A stretch of DNA of 64,000 bases from Nitrosopumilus sp. (GTDB lineage: Archaea > Thermoproteota > Nitrososphaeria > Nitrososphaerales > Nitrosopumilaceae). The translations under genes were made by a program, and so were the position numbers. Location of the stretch: the NCBI GenBank assembly GCA_965218695.1, contig OZ244651.1:224001-288000 (forward strand), written 5' to 3'. The notes below the pieces were generated by a model. The model saw nothing but the letters and a program-made list of their open reading frames with translations, searched no databases and had not been told where the DNA came from. Positions 41,783 to 53,691 of this stretch are shown here, piece after piece (position 1 is the first letter of the stretch; every line of letters starts with the position of its first letter).

Positions 41783-44700
41783 GTGAGAAAAACCGGCACG
41801 CGCAGACGTGTCATTTACGCGAGTATCTCTGCGGTGCTTGCAGCAACTGCAATACTGCTGGCTGTTATCAATGTCCCGCCTACCTGTACTGGTAAGTGTT
41901 CACGTGGTTTAACTCATTTTTAGGCGTATTTTGCAATCTCCGCCAAGTAATCCAATTTCTTGTTTTTCCATGTCATTACACATGAAAAGAAATTCGCCAT
42001 CCACGTCATCGTCTCCTCTGCCCTTATGCTGCCCCGTATTTTTCTGTGCACGACTATCTCGCGCAACCCGCGTTCTGCAGCATTGTTTGTAGGCGGGATC
42101 TTTGGGTTCAGCACGAACCGGAACAGGTCGCTGCCAGCATTGCTGATCTTGACCATGAATTTTTCCAATATTGGATCGTCGGCGTACCTTGCAACGATCT
42201 TTTCGATGCATGACGTCAGCATGGCAGACGCGTTGTCCCGGAGAGAGCGCGAGCGTTTCCTGCTTGCCCTTCTGGCATAATCATAGATTATGCGCAGGTG
42301 CTTCAGGACGTTGCGCGCGCCTGGGCAGTCCGGATTGCGGTTGCAGATGTCCCTGGCCTCGCGTATTATGTGCGACCAGCAGCGCTGGACGCGGTATTTT
42401 CCGTACGCCGTCCAGCCGTCGCACACTAACGTGCCGTCCCAACCCCCAAGCGCTTCTTTCAGAACCTTTGCCCCCCGGCTGTCCCGTATCACGTACAGCG
42501 CGTGCCCGGTCAGCGGATCGTGCAGTATCCACACCCAGACGTTGCGGCCGTTTAGGTGAATCGATGTCTCGTCGGCGTGCAGTATCTTGGCCTTGCGTAT
42601 CATGGCGGCAATGGCTGCCGCAGGGGCGCCCAGCGACGTTCCCAGCCTGCGCATTATGTTGTGCGCCGTGCCCGAGGAGAGTGTAATTCCGTACCGCGAC
42701 ATGCGGTCTGCGATCATCCTAAACGGCATGCGACACACGTAATCGTCTGCAACATCAGTCGTTATGCTCGGATCGTAGCTGCCCTTGTCTGGAAGGCCGG
42801 TCTCGGGCTTGATGTCCACCAGACCGCAGGAGCAGCGACACGTGTTTATGGTGTGGCGCGTGGTGATGACCTTTATCGTGCGCTCCACTCTGGTAATGTC
42901 GCGTTTTTCTGACTGCACTATGGAAAGGCTACCCGAGCCGCATTCGGGGCAGGCCTCCGGGGTGTGTTCCTCAAACTCGGTGGGTTTTGGCTTGCGGGTG
43001 CGGCCCATGTGGCCTTTTTGCCCCCCGCGCGACTTCCCGCTGCCGGCCGCATCCACGCGGTCCTTTTGATCCCGGGAGGCTTTTGTGGATTTATTGTAGG
43101 CATTCTTTTCGTCGCCTTTTCCCTTTGTGTCAGGCCATCCGGGCCCCCTTTTTTGTGATGACGGGGTGTTGTAATTGTCATGCCGCACCAGCCTGCGCTT
43201 AAGATCAGCAACTGCCAGATTCAATTCCTCAATTATCTGCCCTTGCATCTCAATCGTCTGCTTGAGCTTGATGTTCTCAGTCTTGAGATCCGTGTACATC
43301 TTTTTGAGTTCAGCCTGGCTTTTCACATCGGGTTTGGATTACCATCCTATTTGGATCTGTGGTTTGCACAAAATTTACCCAAGAGTGAACTGAATTAGGC
43401 ACGACGTGAACACTTACCTGTACTGTAACCGGCATCATGCACGTGGGAGGAATACAGGTCAACAAGACGGCACCTGTTTGGAGCCAGGTTGGGGATATAG
43501 AATACTTTGAGTCGTCAGACGGCCACACCTATCTCTTGGTTGCCGGACGCTCCGATGGCATCCTGGTGGTGAATGCGACCAATCCGCATGTCCCGGTTCA
43601 AATAGGTAGCATATCATACAAGAGTTCGGAAGAGTCGTGGCGCATGGACGTGGAGGTGTTCAAGTCGCCGGAGGGTCGGAACTATGCGCTGCTTGCCGGC
43701 AGCGATGCCATGATCCTGGACGTGACGGATCCGCAGAGTCCGGTACCTGTTAATGATGCTCGGGGTGATCCTGGCGTTTTAGATGACGCTTACGACACCA
43801 CAATATTCGAGCCATCAGACGGCCACACCTATGCCTGGGTAGAAGGCAGCAGCGAGGTTCGGATTGTCGACATGACAGATCCGCACGACCCCGTACTCGT
43901 AAACGATGGACGCGACAATTTCTTCGTGCACCATAACGGAGCGGTCTTTGAGTCGCCGGACGGCCACGCATATGCCATGTCTGCATCTCCCATTTTCGGC
44001 CTCTACATCGAGGATGTCACCGATCCACACAATCCCGTGCCCGTGGCAGTTGTGCGCCATGACGGCTATCCAGCAGAGCGATTCTTGCTATCAGTGGATG
44101 CAATTTCAGAACTGCCAGTGATCCTCATCCCAGGCGAGTATGCTGCAGGGCTTTTCCATGCAGAAACGATGGCCACGTTCGAGTCGTCTGACAGACACGT
44201 CTATGCCATGATAGCCAACAACGGCGTAACATCGACCTTTAACGGAGAGGATGCAAGAATCATCCCCACAGGCATACTTTTCATGGACGTCACAGACCCG
44301 CGCGCGCCGGTCCCGATATATGATATTCGAAACGGGGATGACGGATTTGACATAGGATCCCACATTCGATCCATCAAGGTCTTTGAGTCGCCAGACGGCC
44401 ACGCATATGCAGCCATAGCCGGGGGCTGGGACGTGCTGGTCATGGACATCACCGATCCGCGCGCGCCTGTCCTGGCAGGCAAGATACAAGACGGCGAGGG
44501 TGGCTTTTATGAGATGGGAATAGTCTCCAGCATGGCACTCTTTGAGCAGTCTGACGGCATCGTCTATCTGGCCACTGTCAGCGACGAGGGCGTCCAGATT
44601 ATGGATATTACCTCCCCACACCAGCCGGTGCCGGTGGGTACCCTGTGGGATGATCAGAGCGGCATTTCTGCCATAGGCACGGCCTCCTACCACGCCGTCT

Positions 44701-45785
44701 TTGGGCCAGGCGACGGCCATACATATGCCCTGGGAACCGGCACTGACGGCGTTCATGTCGTGGATGTCACAGTCCCGCACGCGCCGGTCCCGGTAAGCAG
44801 CATGTGGGATGGAAAGGACGGATTTGACACCCTGGACCGCGCAGGCCATATCGCGTCCCTCAGGTCTGCTGACGGCCGCTCCTACGCCCTGGTGGGCAGT
44901 GCTGAAGGCGTTCAGATTGCAGATGTCACCGATCCTCACAATCCGAGTCCTGCAGGCAGCATACGGGACGGCAAAGACGGGTTCGAGTCAGAATGGATAA
45001 CCGGCATCGCCATCCTCCAACCGACCGACGATCGAGCCTACGCCATGATCGCGGATCACCGCATAGGCATCCACATTGTAGACATTACCGATCCGTCAGC
45101 ACCTGTTCTTGCAGGGGGCATGCTGGCAGAAGACGGCTTTGATATTTTGGGCGGCGTACACGCAATCGCAGTGTACAGGCAGCCGCAGCAGCAGCCTGAC
45201 GGACGCGACTATGCCTTGGTGACCGGGGATTGGGGCATCCACATTGTGGATATTGCCAATCCATCAGAGCCGGCACTGACAGGCACCCTGCGGGGCGGCG
45301 TGGGAAATTACACATTTACCGCAGCCGATTAGACCGTCATCTTCGAGTCCCCCGAAGGTCGCACATACGCCCTGCTTGCAGACTATGCAAGCGGATTGCA
45401 CATTGTGGATGTCACTGACCCGTACGGCCCCGTACCGGTAGGCATCATGCCGACGGAGGATGACACACTCATCTTGCATCCCGGCACGCCGGTCACGGTG
45501 GCCGGATCCCACGATAACCGCACGTACGTTATGCTGGGCAGCGAAGACGGCATACGGATCTTGAATGTCACCGATCTGTATGCTCCGATGCTGTTAAACA
45601 ACACGCTTGCAGGCGAGGCGAGTTTTTCCTTGGATCCGTACCCCTGGTACATCACGCTTTTTGGGGCAGACGACGGCCGCACATACGCCCTGACGGGCAG
45701 CGGCAGCGGCATGCAGATCTTGGATGTCACAAAACCGTATGTGTCTGAGACTGTCGAAAGTGCCAAAGGAGACCCTGCATGCTGA
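41783..45785 (+). pseudogene. LVIVD-repeat (beta-propeller-like) surface protein disrupted by IS66 and an in-frame TAG
   Basis: Signal/TM segment 41783-41891 rejoins in frame with 43426 onward; many 'DG.TYA...G..I.DVTDP..P' repeats; TAG at 45330-45332 with repeats continuing in frame. Confidence 0.85.
41892..43417 (-). mobile_element. IS66-family single-ORF element, transposase 41920..43326
   Basis: TIR gtaagtgttcacgt; 8-bp TSD ctgtactg at 41884-41891 and 43418-43425; HADET, CDG, NNAAER motifs. Confidence 0.94.
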
Positions 45786-46018
45786 CTCTGATGACACGGG
45801 CGTGCCGCGAGTCTACGTATAGGCAAGGCGTGGGAGGGGAGGAACTTTGATGCCCATCCTCTTTGGAGTCAGCAACGGCCACATGTTTTGGCGAACAGCA
45901 ACGGCCCGCGCACATCATGTAAAGGGGAACTGTAAAGATACAGGTACATGAATAACGCTGTAAAGCCGGGCACATGGTGAATCTTTTCCAGAATGATGAT
46001 AAAAAAAGAAAGGAATGA

Positions 46019-46285
46019 TCATGATTTCCCGATCCCTGCGAGGATATACCGGATGAACCGCCTGGCTATTATGACAAGTGCAGTCCCGCTGACTGCTATG
46101 AGAATCAATCCGTATATCGGTATGGACTCGCTGAATATTATGTCCCCGATGTGACGGCCCTTCTCCAATCCTCGCATAATGGTGTCAGGTATGATGTATA
46201 TGCTGAGAATAAACACGAGTCCGCTAAGCATGGTGCCGACTGCGCCAAGAACGTGCCAAAAAAAGGGGGGAAACGTGATACCCAT
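46019..46285 (-). CDS. Small two-TM membrane protein
   Basis: 88-aa ORF MGITFPPFFW... with two hydrophobic helices. Confidence 0.55.
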   Translation of the reverse strand: MGITFPPFFWHVLGAVGTMLSGLVFILSIYIIPDTIMRGLEKGRHIGDIIFSESIPIYGLILIAVSGTALVIIARRFIRYILAGIGKS

Positions 46286-46314
46286 TATGACACAGCTCAG
46301 TTTTAAAGCACAAT

Positions 46315-46510
46315 TTATGGGTTTTTTGCCGCCGCTTGGATGAGGGCCATCCACTTGTTGCTTCCTTCTATCCTGATGCCTGCCCTGTCTGCCGGGGTGT
46401 CGCCGTCCAGTCCTTGGTGAGGCCTGACGTAGTTGTGGTAGAGTTGCAGGCCCGTAAGGAGCGCCGAATCGTTTTTTTTGAGACCCCTTATCACTTTCTC
46501 GTGTTGCGCG
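46315..46510 (-). pseudogene. C-terminal remnant of a DDE integrase/transposase
   Basis: EKV.RGLKK...YHNYVRPH.GL.G.TPA..AGI...G.NKW..LIQ. Confidence 0.75.
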
Positions 46511-46690
46511 ATGGTGAAGCGACGCATGGATAGAACTGGCGAGGATCGGAGCACGGCGACACCCCAAGTGAGGCGCTGGTGCTAGGCAAATACACAATAC
46601 AGCCACCGGGCGCAGCCTGGAGAAGATCCACATTCATGTACCCAACTTTACAGTGTTATCCGTATACCTGTATCTTTACAGCCCCTGTAA

Positions 46691-48452
46691 CATCTAACCC
46701 AAATCTAATTCACTACACGCAAGTCCAACACGTGATGCCATGCATTCTGATGTAAAACTGCCCGCAGGTTCCATGAAAACGGAATTAGTCGACCGACACG
46801 CGCATCCCAAACCCGGAGTGCTGGCATCCTGTCCATGTGATGTGCAGATATCGACGCGGCGTGAAAAAATGTGCGCAATATGCCCTGTCATGCGGCATGC
46901 AGGCAGGCAGGCAACAGATGAGATCAGGCGGGCACTGGCCGGACGCCGGGCAAGTCAGGCAAGCCCGGCGGGGGTTCGGGACCGGGCCGCTGCCCAAGGA
47001 TCCACAACAGCAGCACGAACTTTAGCGCAGTCTGCGTGGTCTTGGGGCCGGCATGGTCTCCTGACCGGAACGCCAAAAGCGCGTTGGCTGCAACCCACAG
47101 GTTGAATAACAGCAGGGAGTACAGGAAGCAGAAGAGGCGCGCGACGCGGTTGCGGCTGCGCGTCTTGGCCCTCATGCTCTCTATCTTGGCGTATCCGGTC
47201 TCTATCCCCCATCGGGCGGCATACGCGTCGGGGTTTATGCCCGGCACGCTGGTGGCAAACCCGATGTACTTCTCTTCTGGTTTGGCGTTGGGATCTTGGC
47301 AGCCCTTTCGCCTCACTATGGACAGAAAGCACGATGCCGACTTGCCCCGGCCGTGCATGACGTACTCTGAGACTGCGTTTCTGGTGCCTTCTGCAAACTC
47401 CCGCAGCGCCTCTGCCACCCCGGGGGTGTTCCTGGCAGGCATGAGGTAGTCGATTCCCCTGCTGTTTAGCGCGTCGATCGTCTGCATTGCAAAAAATTCC
47501 CTGTCCATCAGGACAAGGCCGATCTTGGCTCCTGCGGCAAGGCAGCCGTCAAGCACGGCTCCTGCCATGTCCGGGCCTGACGTGAGCGCCGGCACGCCCA
47601 GCGCGGCAAGGTTCAGGCGCGCGCCGGGGTTGACTGCTTGGGCGGTGATGTATCTTTCAAAATATTTTGTCCCGTTTTTGTACCTAGAGCGCGCAAGCTC
47701 GGGACCGCGCGTTCGGTCATACCGGGATATCAGGTGCATGTCTATGGCGACTGTGAGCCCCTCGACAGGCAGCATGCCTGCCTGTCCCAGCCGGTCCAGC
47801 TGCCCAGAGACTGCCTGCCTGAACCGGCACGCCATGTTGTCCTCGTCGATGCCAAGCAGCCTCAGCCGGAACCACTCGTCACTTGGAACCGCATGGCCTG
47901 CCCTTGCGTCTCCGGCCTCCGATGTTGGCCGCATGCCGTTGGCCGCGCCGCCGACTGACGTGTCAAGGATGGCTCCCCTCACCATGCCGTCGCTCAGGTC
48001 CGATACGCCGTATTTCCTGTTGCGTCCGGCCGGAAGAGGGACGATCGACCCGACGACGTCGCAGAGTCCCGGCATCATTTGGCAGCGGATCCGGGAGTTG
48101 TTTCGGAAGTCGCGCATGATCTTGTTTGCCCCCTGATTGGAGGGCACGCCGTGTCTGCTCATCCCGGCTGCCTCCCCGGGGCGTGCTGCGTTTGTGCCTG
48201 CACGGCACGCCTTGCCGCCGCACGGGTGCGCTTAAATAAAAACCCGGCAAGGATATTATGGATTCTGGGTTGTCCTGTGTGGTGGTGCATGCCGTGCATC
48301 CCCGAATCCACTTATCTGCACAACAACCATCCCGAGCCCGGAATGCGGTCCGATGTGACGTGCGTTGACACTGATCATCTAGGTCGAATGCTTCTGCAGC
48401 CATGTTTTGGCGCATGTGCGTTACGTGGACAAAATTACTTTTGGGTTAGCTG
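46691..48452 (-). mobile_element. ISH3-family element, transposase 46924..48162
   Basis: TIR ca(t/g)ctaacccaaa..taatt (17/20); 5-bp TSD tgtaa at 46686-46690 and 48453-48457. Confidence 0.9.
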
Positions 48453-48496
48453 TGTAAAAGATAACATTTAAGTCAAGCATGGCTGGGCAAACCATA

Positions 48497-49258
48497 TTGT
48501 CTCTGGTCACCACATCCAAATCCGATGGCATATGCACTGTTACAATCAACAGGCCTGAAAAACTCAACGCCATGAATACCGCAGTAGCAAAGGAACTTAT
48601 CTCGACTTTTGAGGCGCTGAATCTGGATGACGACGTTCGGGTCATAATCCTGACCGGCCAGGGAGACAGGGCGTTTTCTGCAGGGGCAGACATTGAGTAC
48701 ATGTCAAAGATCTCCGCAGACGAGTCAGTGGAATATGCAAAGACCGGGCAGCTTGTCACTTCCACAGTCGAACTTGTAAGGCAGCCGACCATTGCAGCCG
48801 TCAACGGCTTTGCGCTTGGAGGCGGGTGCGAACTTGCAATGTCCTGCGACATCCGAATAGCATCCGATACTGCCAAGCTTGGACAGCCGGAGGTCACCAT
48901 TGGCATCCCCCCGGGCTGGGGCGGAACACAGAGACTCATGAGAATCGTGGGAATTGCAAAGGCAAAGGAGCTTGTATACACCGGCAAGATGGTCAAGGCA
49001 GAAGAGGCAAGGGAGATTGGACTTGTAAATCACGTCGTTCCGCTTGCATCGCTGCAGGAGGAGGCCCTCAAGATGGCACAAAAGATATCTGCAAACTCTA
49101 CCATGGGCGTTCAGATGTCCAAGGTCGCAATCAACAAGGGACGAAACGCGGATCTTGACACCGGACTTGGAATCGAGCTTCTCGCGTGGAGAAACTGCTT
49201 TACCCACCCTGACAGGGAGCAGCGCATGACTGCGTTTGTCCAAAAGTCAAAGAAATAA
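48497..49258 (+). CDS. Enoyl-CoA hydratase, probably 3-hydroxypropionyl-CoA dehydratase/crotonyl-CoA hydratase
   Basis: [42 protein letters not shown]; TTG start. Confidence 0.88.
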   Translation: MSLVTTSKSDGICTVTINRPEKLNAMNTAVAKELISTFEALNLDDDVRVIILTGQGDRAFSAGADIEYMSKISADESVEYAKTGQLVTSTVELVRQPTIAAVNGFALGGGCELAMSCDIRIASDTAKLGQPEVTIGIPPGWGGTQRLMRIVGIAKAKELVYTGKMVKAEEAREIGLVNHVVPLASLQEEALKMAQKISANSTMGVQMSKVAINKGRNADLDTGLGIELLAWRNCFTHPDREQRMTAFVQKSKK

Positions 49259-49411
49259 TCACACAACCATTTCATTCTGATGAATTTTACATTTCAAGTC
49301 GTGCCTGTGGGGTGCTGCCGACGTCATCATCCCCCGGCATCCACACGACGGTTCCTTCAGCATGGAATGCATGCCGCCCTCAGCACCACCATCCTGGGAA
49401 TACAAGGTCAC

Positions 49412-49518
49412 ACCATCGTTGATCCGTGTGCCAAACTGTATTGTCTGCTCCTTGACAACGCTTATGCTTGGATTTTTGGCGAACCATCGTTGATCCGTGT
49501 GCCAAACTGTATTGTCTG
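49412..49518. repeat. Perfect 36-bp direct repeat pair with a 35-bp spacer
   Basis: accatcgttgatccgtgtgccaaactgtattgtctg at 49412-49447 and 49483-49518. Confidence 0.9.
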
Positions 49519-49644
49519 GGCACTCGCTTGGTTTTGTAGAGGTGCACTCCTCAAGGCATCCTGGCAGCAGCATTGATCTCCATCAAACCCCGTTGGAAGG
49601 GCACGAAAAGCTTATTATAATTACGAGTGGTATTTTTACACATT

Positions 49645-49995
49645 ATGGCATCTGAACAAGTACAGAAGATGATCGCAGTAACCCCAAAGGCTGCTGATAA
49701 GATCAAAGAGTTCATGAAGGAGGAGGCTGAATCTCCCGAGTACCTTAGGGTCTATGTCCAGGGCGGAGGATGCTCCGGCCTGTCTTACGGCATGGGTTTT
49801 GAAAAGGCACCCGAAGAAGACGACATTGTTCTGGAGGAGAACGGAGTCAAGCTCCTAGTCGACAGTTACAGCGTTGATCACCTACAGGGCGCAAATGTAG
49901 ACTATATCGAAAGCCTGATGGGCTCTGGATTCAAGGTCAACAATCCAAACGTCACAAAATCGTGCTCTTGCGGTCACTCATTCAGCACCGAATAA
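49645..49995 (+). CDS. HesB/IscA-family Fe-S cluster carrier
   Basis: GGGCSG.SY and CSCGHSF motifs. Confidence 0.95.
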   Translation: MASEQVQKMIAVTPKAADKIKEFMKEEAESPEYLRVYVQGGGCSGLSYGMGFEKAPEEDDIVLEENGVKLLVDSYSVDHLQGANVDYIESLMGSGFKVNNPNVTKSCSCGHSFSTE

Positions 49996-50191
49996 GCAAG
50001 ACATACTTATTTTTCGATTCCGGCCTAGCGTATGCTGGGCCAAACTACTCGTTGTGCCAACCGGCATCCCGTGTACAGGACACGGCCAGCTAACGGTGGG
50101 TGATTCTGTCGTGCATGTGTGTCCGGCATTGTATGTGTGCCTCACGGATGATGTGGTGGAACTGGCTGTTCCGGGCACACGATCGCAACCC

Positions 50192-52471
50192 GTACGGACT
50201 CGTTCAATACAATCCTGGGCACGAACTTGCAATGAATTATGCCTGTGGTTATAATGGACATGAGTGCGGTACGCGTTCACCTCCCCCCTTGCCAATTCCA
50301 CGCTAGTCGGGATGTCATACATGGGCATGTGATTGACTCCATCATGGAATCATCCACCAGAAGACACGTCGGTGTGAAAATGTATGGCAATGCCATCCTG
50401 CAGGCAGGCCTGAGGCTTTTTGCGGCATGATCTGCGATGCATCCTGCCTAAGCCAAATGGTGCGGCAACGATCCGGATCTGCGGGATGTCGTGGCACGGT
50501 TATTTGAGATTCGGAAATATCGGGGGCGGTATTCCGGACCCGAACATGTCCTGCGAGGCATCGGCAGTCACCGCGTCCCCCGAGAACATTCCAAGCTTTT
50601 CTGCCGTGGCGTGAATCGTCTGGAGTTTGGCAAAAGTGTCGGCTGCCTTCCAGTTGGGAAACGCGTGGTGTATGTCGCGCGGCCTTACGATGTGCGTTCG
50701 TACGGCCCTCTCGCACGCGTTGTTGTTGCCGTCCATTCCAGGATGCCTGATAAACTCTGTAAGGTATGGCGCGGCGCGTTCAAGCGAGCCTGCAAAATCG
50801 CGGCTCTTCTCGTCTGAGACGCATCCGTTGCGGCAGGCATCGACGAGCGTCAGGATGCGTTTTTGCAGGGAATCCTGGCTTGATTTGACGTATTCTTCCA
50901 GTCCCGGGGTGTTTTTGACGAGTCGGCCTGCGTCGCAGGCCGACTCTTCTGCCCTGCCGGCCATCTCGAGTGCATTCCTTGCGGCGGTCTTGGCGTCCCG
51001 ATATATCTTGAGCAGCGTCACGTACCACGCATACTCGAAGGAATTGACTCCGTGGCGTATGGCCAGGCCCTCGCACTTGCGAACCACGTGGACAAAGCAC
51101 GTCTGAAAGTCCCCCTCAAGGGCGTTGCCGGCACGGTACATGTCTGCCACGAACGGCCTGTTCAGCACCATCCAAAGCACGTCCCTCATGGTCTCCTTGG
51201 TCTTGTCAGGCCTGATGCATACCAGCACGCAGTATTTTGAGATCAGTAGTATGGCCTGCACGTTCTTTCCTGCGACCTTTTCGCCGGACTCGTCTTCGGA
51301 CACGCTTGGCGCCATGCTCATCTTTTCTGTTATCTGCGTGATGAGCGGCCGCCTCATCAGGCCGTTCCATGCGGTATGGCCGCCGGCGTCGGGTTCGGGG
51401 CGCGCAGGCGTGGGGAACGGCGCCCCGAACAAGGGAGACGGCATGTCCTCCTTTGGCTCCGGCAGCCTCGGGGCGTCTCCGAGGCTGCCGCGCGTTGCTA
51501 TTGCCTCTAGGGCGTGGGATATGCACCCCAGTGATGCCCTGATGCCGTGGTTTGATGCCAGCAGGTACTGCATGCTTCTGAGCGAAACCGATACCCTGTG
51601 CATGTTGGCAATCTTCTTTCTCAGGTTGGGGCCAAACCACGTTCCGGGAATCGAGTCCGCGTCAGGATACGTGACTGCCTGGCACGTGAGGCAGTACCCG
51701 GGCGCGATCATCTCGGCATAACAGACTGGCTTGCCGGATTCGGTGACATCTATCACCGTCTTCCAAAAGGCATCCTCGGGCAGCATGTAGGTGCCGCCGC
51801 AGTTTTTGCACATGGGCGCACTGCACATCCTGATGTCAGCCGGCCTGCGGCCGTGGGAGACTCCCGGCTGACCCGGCCGGTGTCCGGGCTTTTTGCCCGT
51901 ATCTGGGGCATCGCCCGTGTCTGCCCTTACCTGCGGATCACTTTTGAAGGCTCTTCGCTTCCGGGTAAACAGCACGGCGCCCCTGGATGAATGGTTCCAA
52001 CTCTCGTGGACTGAAAGTTCCCGGGCCAGCTGCTTCTTCTCTGCCTTCAGGGTCCGGATCTCCTCTGCCTGGTGCGCCGTCTCCTCGATAACGACAGCCA
52101 GCGTCTTTCCGGTGGTTCCCAGAGAGGCTGCGACCAGGCCCAGCAGGATCTCCACGATTCCCCACACGCGGCGCAGCTCTGCCTGCAGTATGATCCTTTC
52201 GGATTTCGGGACAACCATTCAGGACTGCACCTGCATCCGCCGCGACGCCGTGCAGTTTGCATTCTTAAATACGGATTCTGCGTGTGTATATTGGCGCACG
52301 TGCGTGTGGGTCATGGTAATTCACATCTCACGTGCAGCCGTTTTAATCACCTAATCTAAAAAATCTAATTTTGTTTGTAAATTCTGACCCATCCAATTGT
52401 CATATGTGCCAAAAGGCTCAACAGTGTCGCACCAAATGGAGGGGGGAGGTGAACGCGTACTGAGTGCGTAC
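50192..52471. mobile_element. ~80-bp MITE, copy C, interrupted by an IS66-like element
   Basis: gtacggactc...gagtgcgtac after removing the IS66; perfect 8-bp TSD cgcaaccc at 50184-50191 and 52472-52479. Confidence 0.82.
50269..52460 (-). mobile_element. IS66-like element with GTAC termini, transposase 50500..52218
   Basis: Perfect 21-bp TIR gtacgcgttcacctcccccct; 8-bp TSD tgagtgcg at 50261-50268 and 52461-52468; C..C zinc finger, DES, QTCFVH, NNACER motifs. Confidence 0.92.
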
Positions 52472-52544
52472 CGCAACCCATCCGATACCCTCATATATCG
52501 TATATTGGAATTAATGTCATGATGATTAAGGAGATGAATAATTT

Positions 52545-53687
52545 ATGCCCCAATCAGGAATTGTCAAGTATCACGTTAAACTTTCCTATAAAGTTGATGG
52601 GCTAGTCGAAAGGGCGGACATAATAGGTGCCATCTTTGGCCAGACAGAAGGACTGCTTGGCCCCGAGATGAATCTAAATGAACTTCAGCGTGTCTCCAAG
52701 GTGGGACGCATCGAGGTCAACGCAAAGTCCACGACTAACACAACTTCAGGAGATGTTCTGATTCCTATGAGCACAGATATTGATACCTGCGCACTGATTG
52801 CCGCAGGCATTGAGAGTATAGACAAGGTGGGACCGTTTGACTGCACGTTCAAACTTGATGCAATTGACGATGTGCGGGCCGCAAAAAAGGATGACATAGT
52901 CAGGCGCGCAAAGGAGATCAAGCAGAGATGGGCAACCAAGACTGTCAGCGAGGGCGAGAGCATGCTAAACGACGTTCATCAGAGCGACTCTAGAAAACTC
53001 TCCACATACGGATCATCAAAACTTACATGCAGTCCTGGTATACATGACTCCAAATGGATAATCCTGGTGGAAGGAAGGGCAGACGTAATCAACCTTCTTC
53101 GTGCAGGCTATGACAACGCAATTGCAATCGAGGGTGCCAAGATTGACGAGTCGATAAAAACACTGTGTGCCACCAAGGACACAATCGTTGCATTCCTTGA
53201 CGGGGACAGGTCAGGCGGTTTCATCCTAAAGGAGCTAAAGTCCATCGTCCCGCTGGATTACGAACTCAGGGCCGACCACGGCGTTGAAGTCGAGGAGCTT
53301 ACCCCGCAGAGGATAGACGAGATCCTAAGACCGGTCGCCGATGAGATAAAATCCGGAGGGCCTGCAGTCTCGCTCCGGGATGATGCTGACAAACCATTGG
53401 CAGACGTTGCCTCCAAGGTTTATCCTGATCTAAACGAGACCCTGGAGGCAGTGGCACTTGATAACCGCAACAAGCAGATCTTCAGGGTTCCAATCAGCGA
53501 GCTTGTCAACAAACTGGCTACGCAGTCCGGCGTCCAGTATCTTCTGCTGGACGGTATCATAACCCAGAGGCTTCTGGAAGGTGCCAGAAAAGCAGGCATT
53601 GCATGCATAATGGGTCACAGGATCGCAAGGCTCTCAAACTCTGATGGCATAAAGCTCAAAACGTTTGGCGATCTTGGCATAACATAG
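52545..53687 (+). CDS. dnaG: Archaeal DnaG-like primase/exosome-associated protein
   Basis: D.IGAIFGQTEGLLG, VEGRADV.NL, DGDR.G TOPRIM motifs. Confidence 0.96.
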   Translation: MPQSGIVKYHVKLSYKVDGLVERADIIGAIFGQTEGLLGPEMNLNELQRVSKVGRIEVNAKSTTNTTSGDVLIPMSTDIDTCALIAAGIESIDKVGPFDCTFKLDAIDDVRAAKKDDIVRRAKEIKQRWATKTVSEGESMLNDVHQSDSRKLSTYGSSKLTCSPGIHDSKWIILVEGRADVINLLRAGYDNAIAIEGAKIDESIKTLCATKDTIVAFLDGDRSGGFILKELKSIVPLDYELRADHGVEVEELTPQRIDEILRPVADEIKSGGPAVSLRDDADKPLADVASKVYPDLNETLEAVALDNRNKQIFRVPISELVNKLATQSGVQYLLLDGIITQRLLEGARKAGIACIMGHRIARLSNSDGIKLKTFGDLGIT

Positions 53688-53691
53688 ACTG

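Noticed and set aside
45330-45332. Pyrrolysine/amber read-through in the LVIVD gene
   Set aside because: No pyl genes in the window and no other in-frame TAG cases seen. The gene is already broken by IS66, so a nonsense mutation is simpler.
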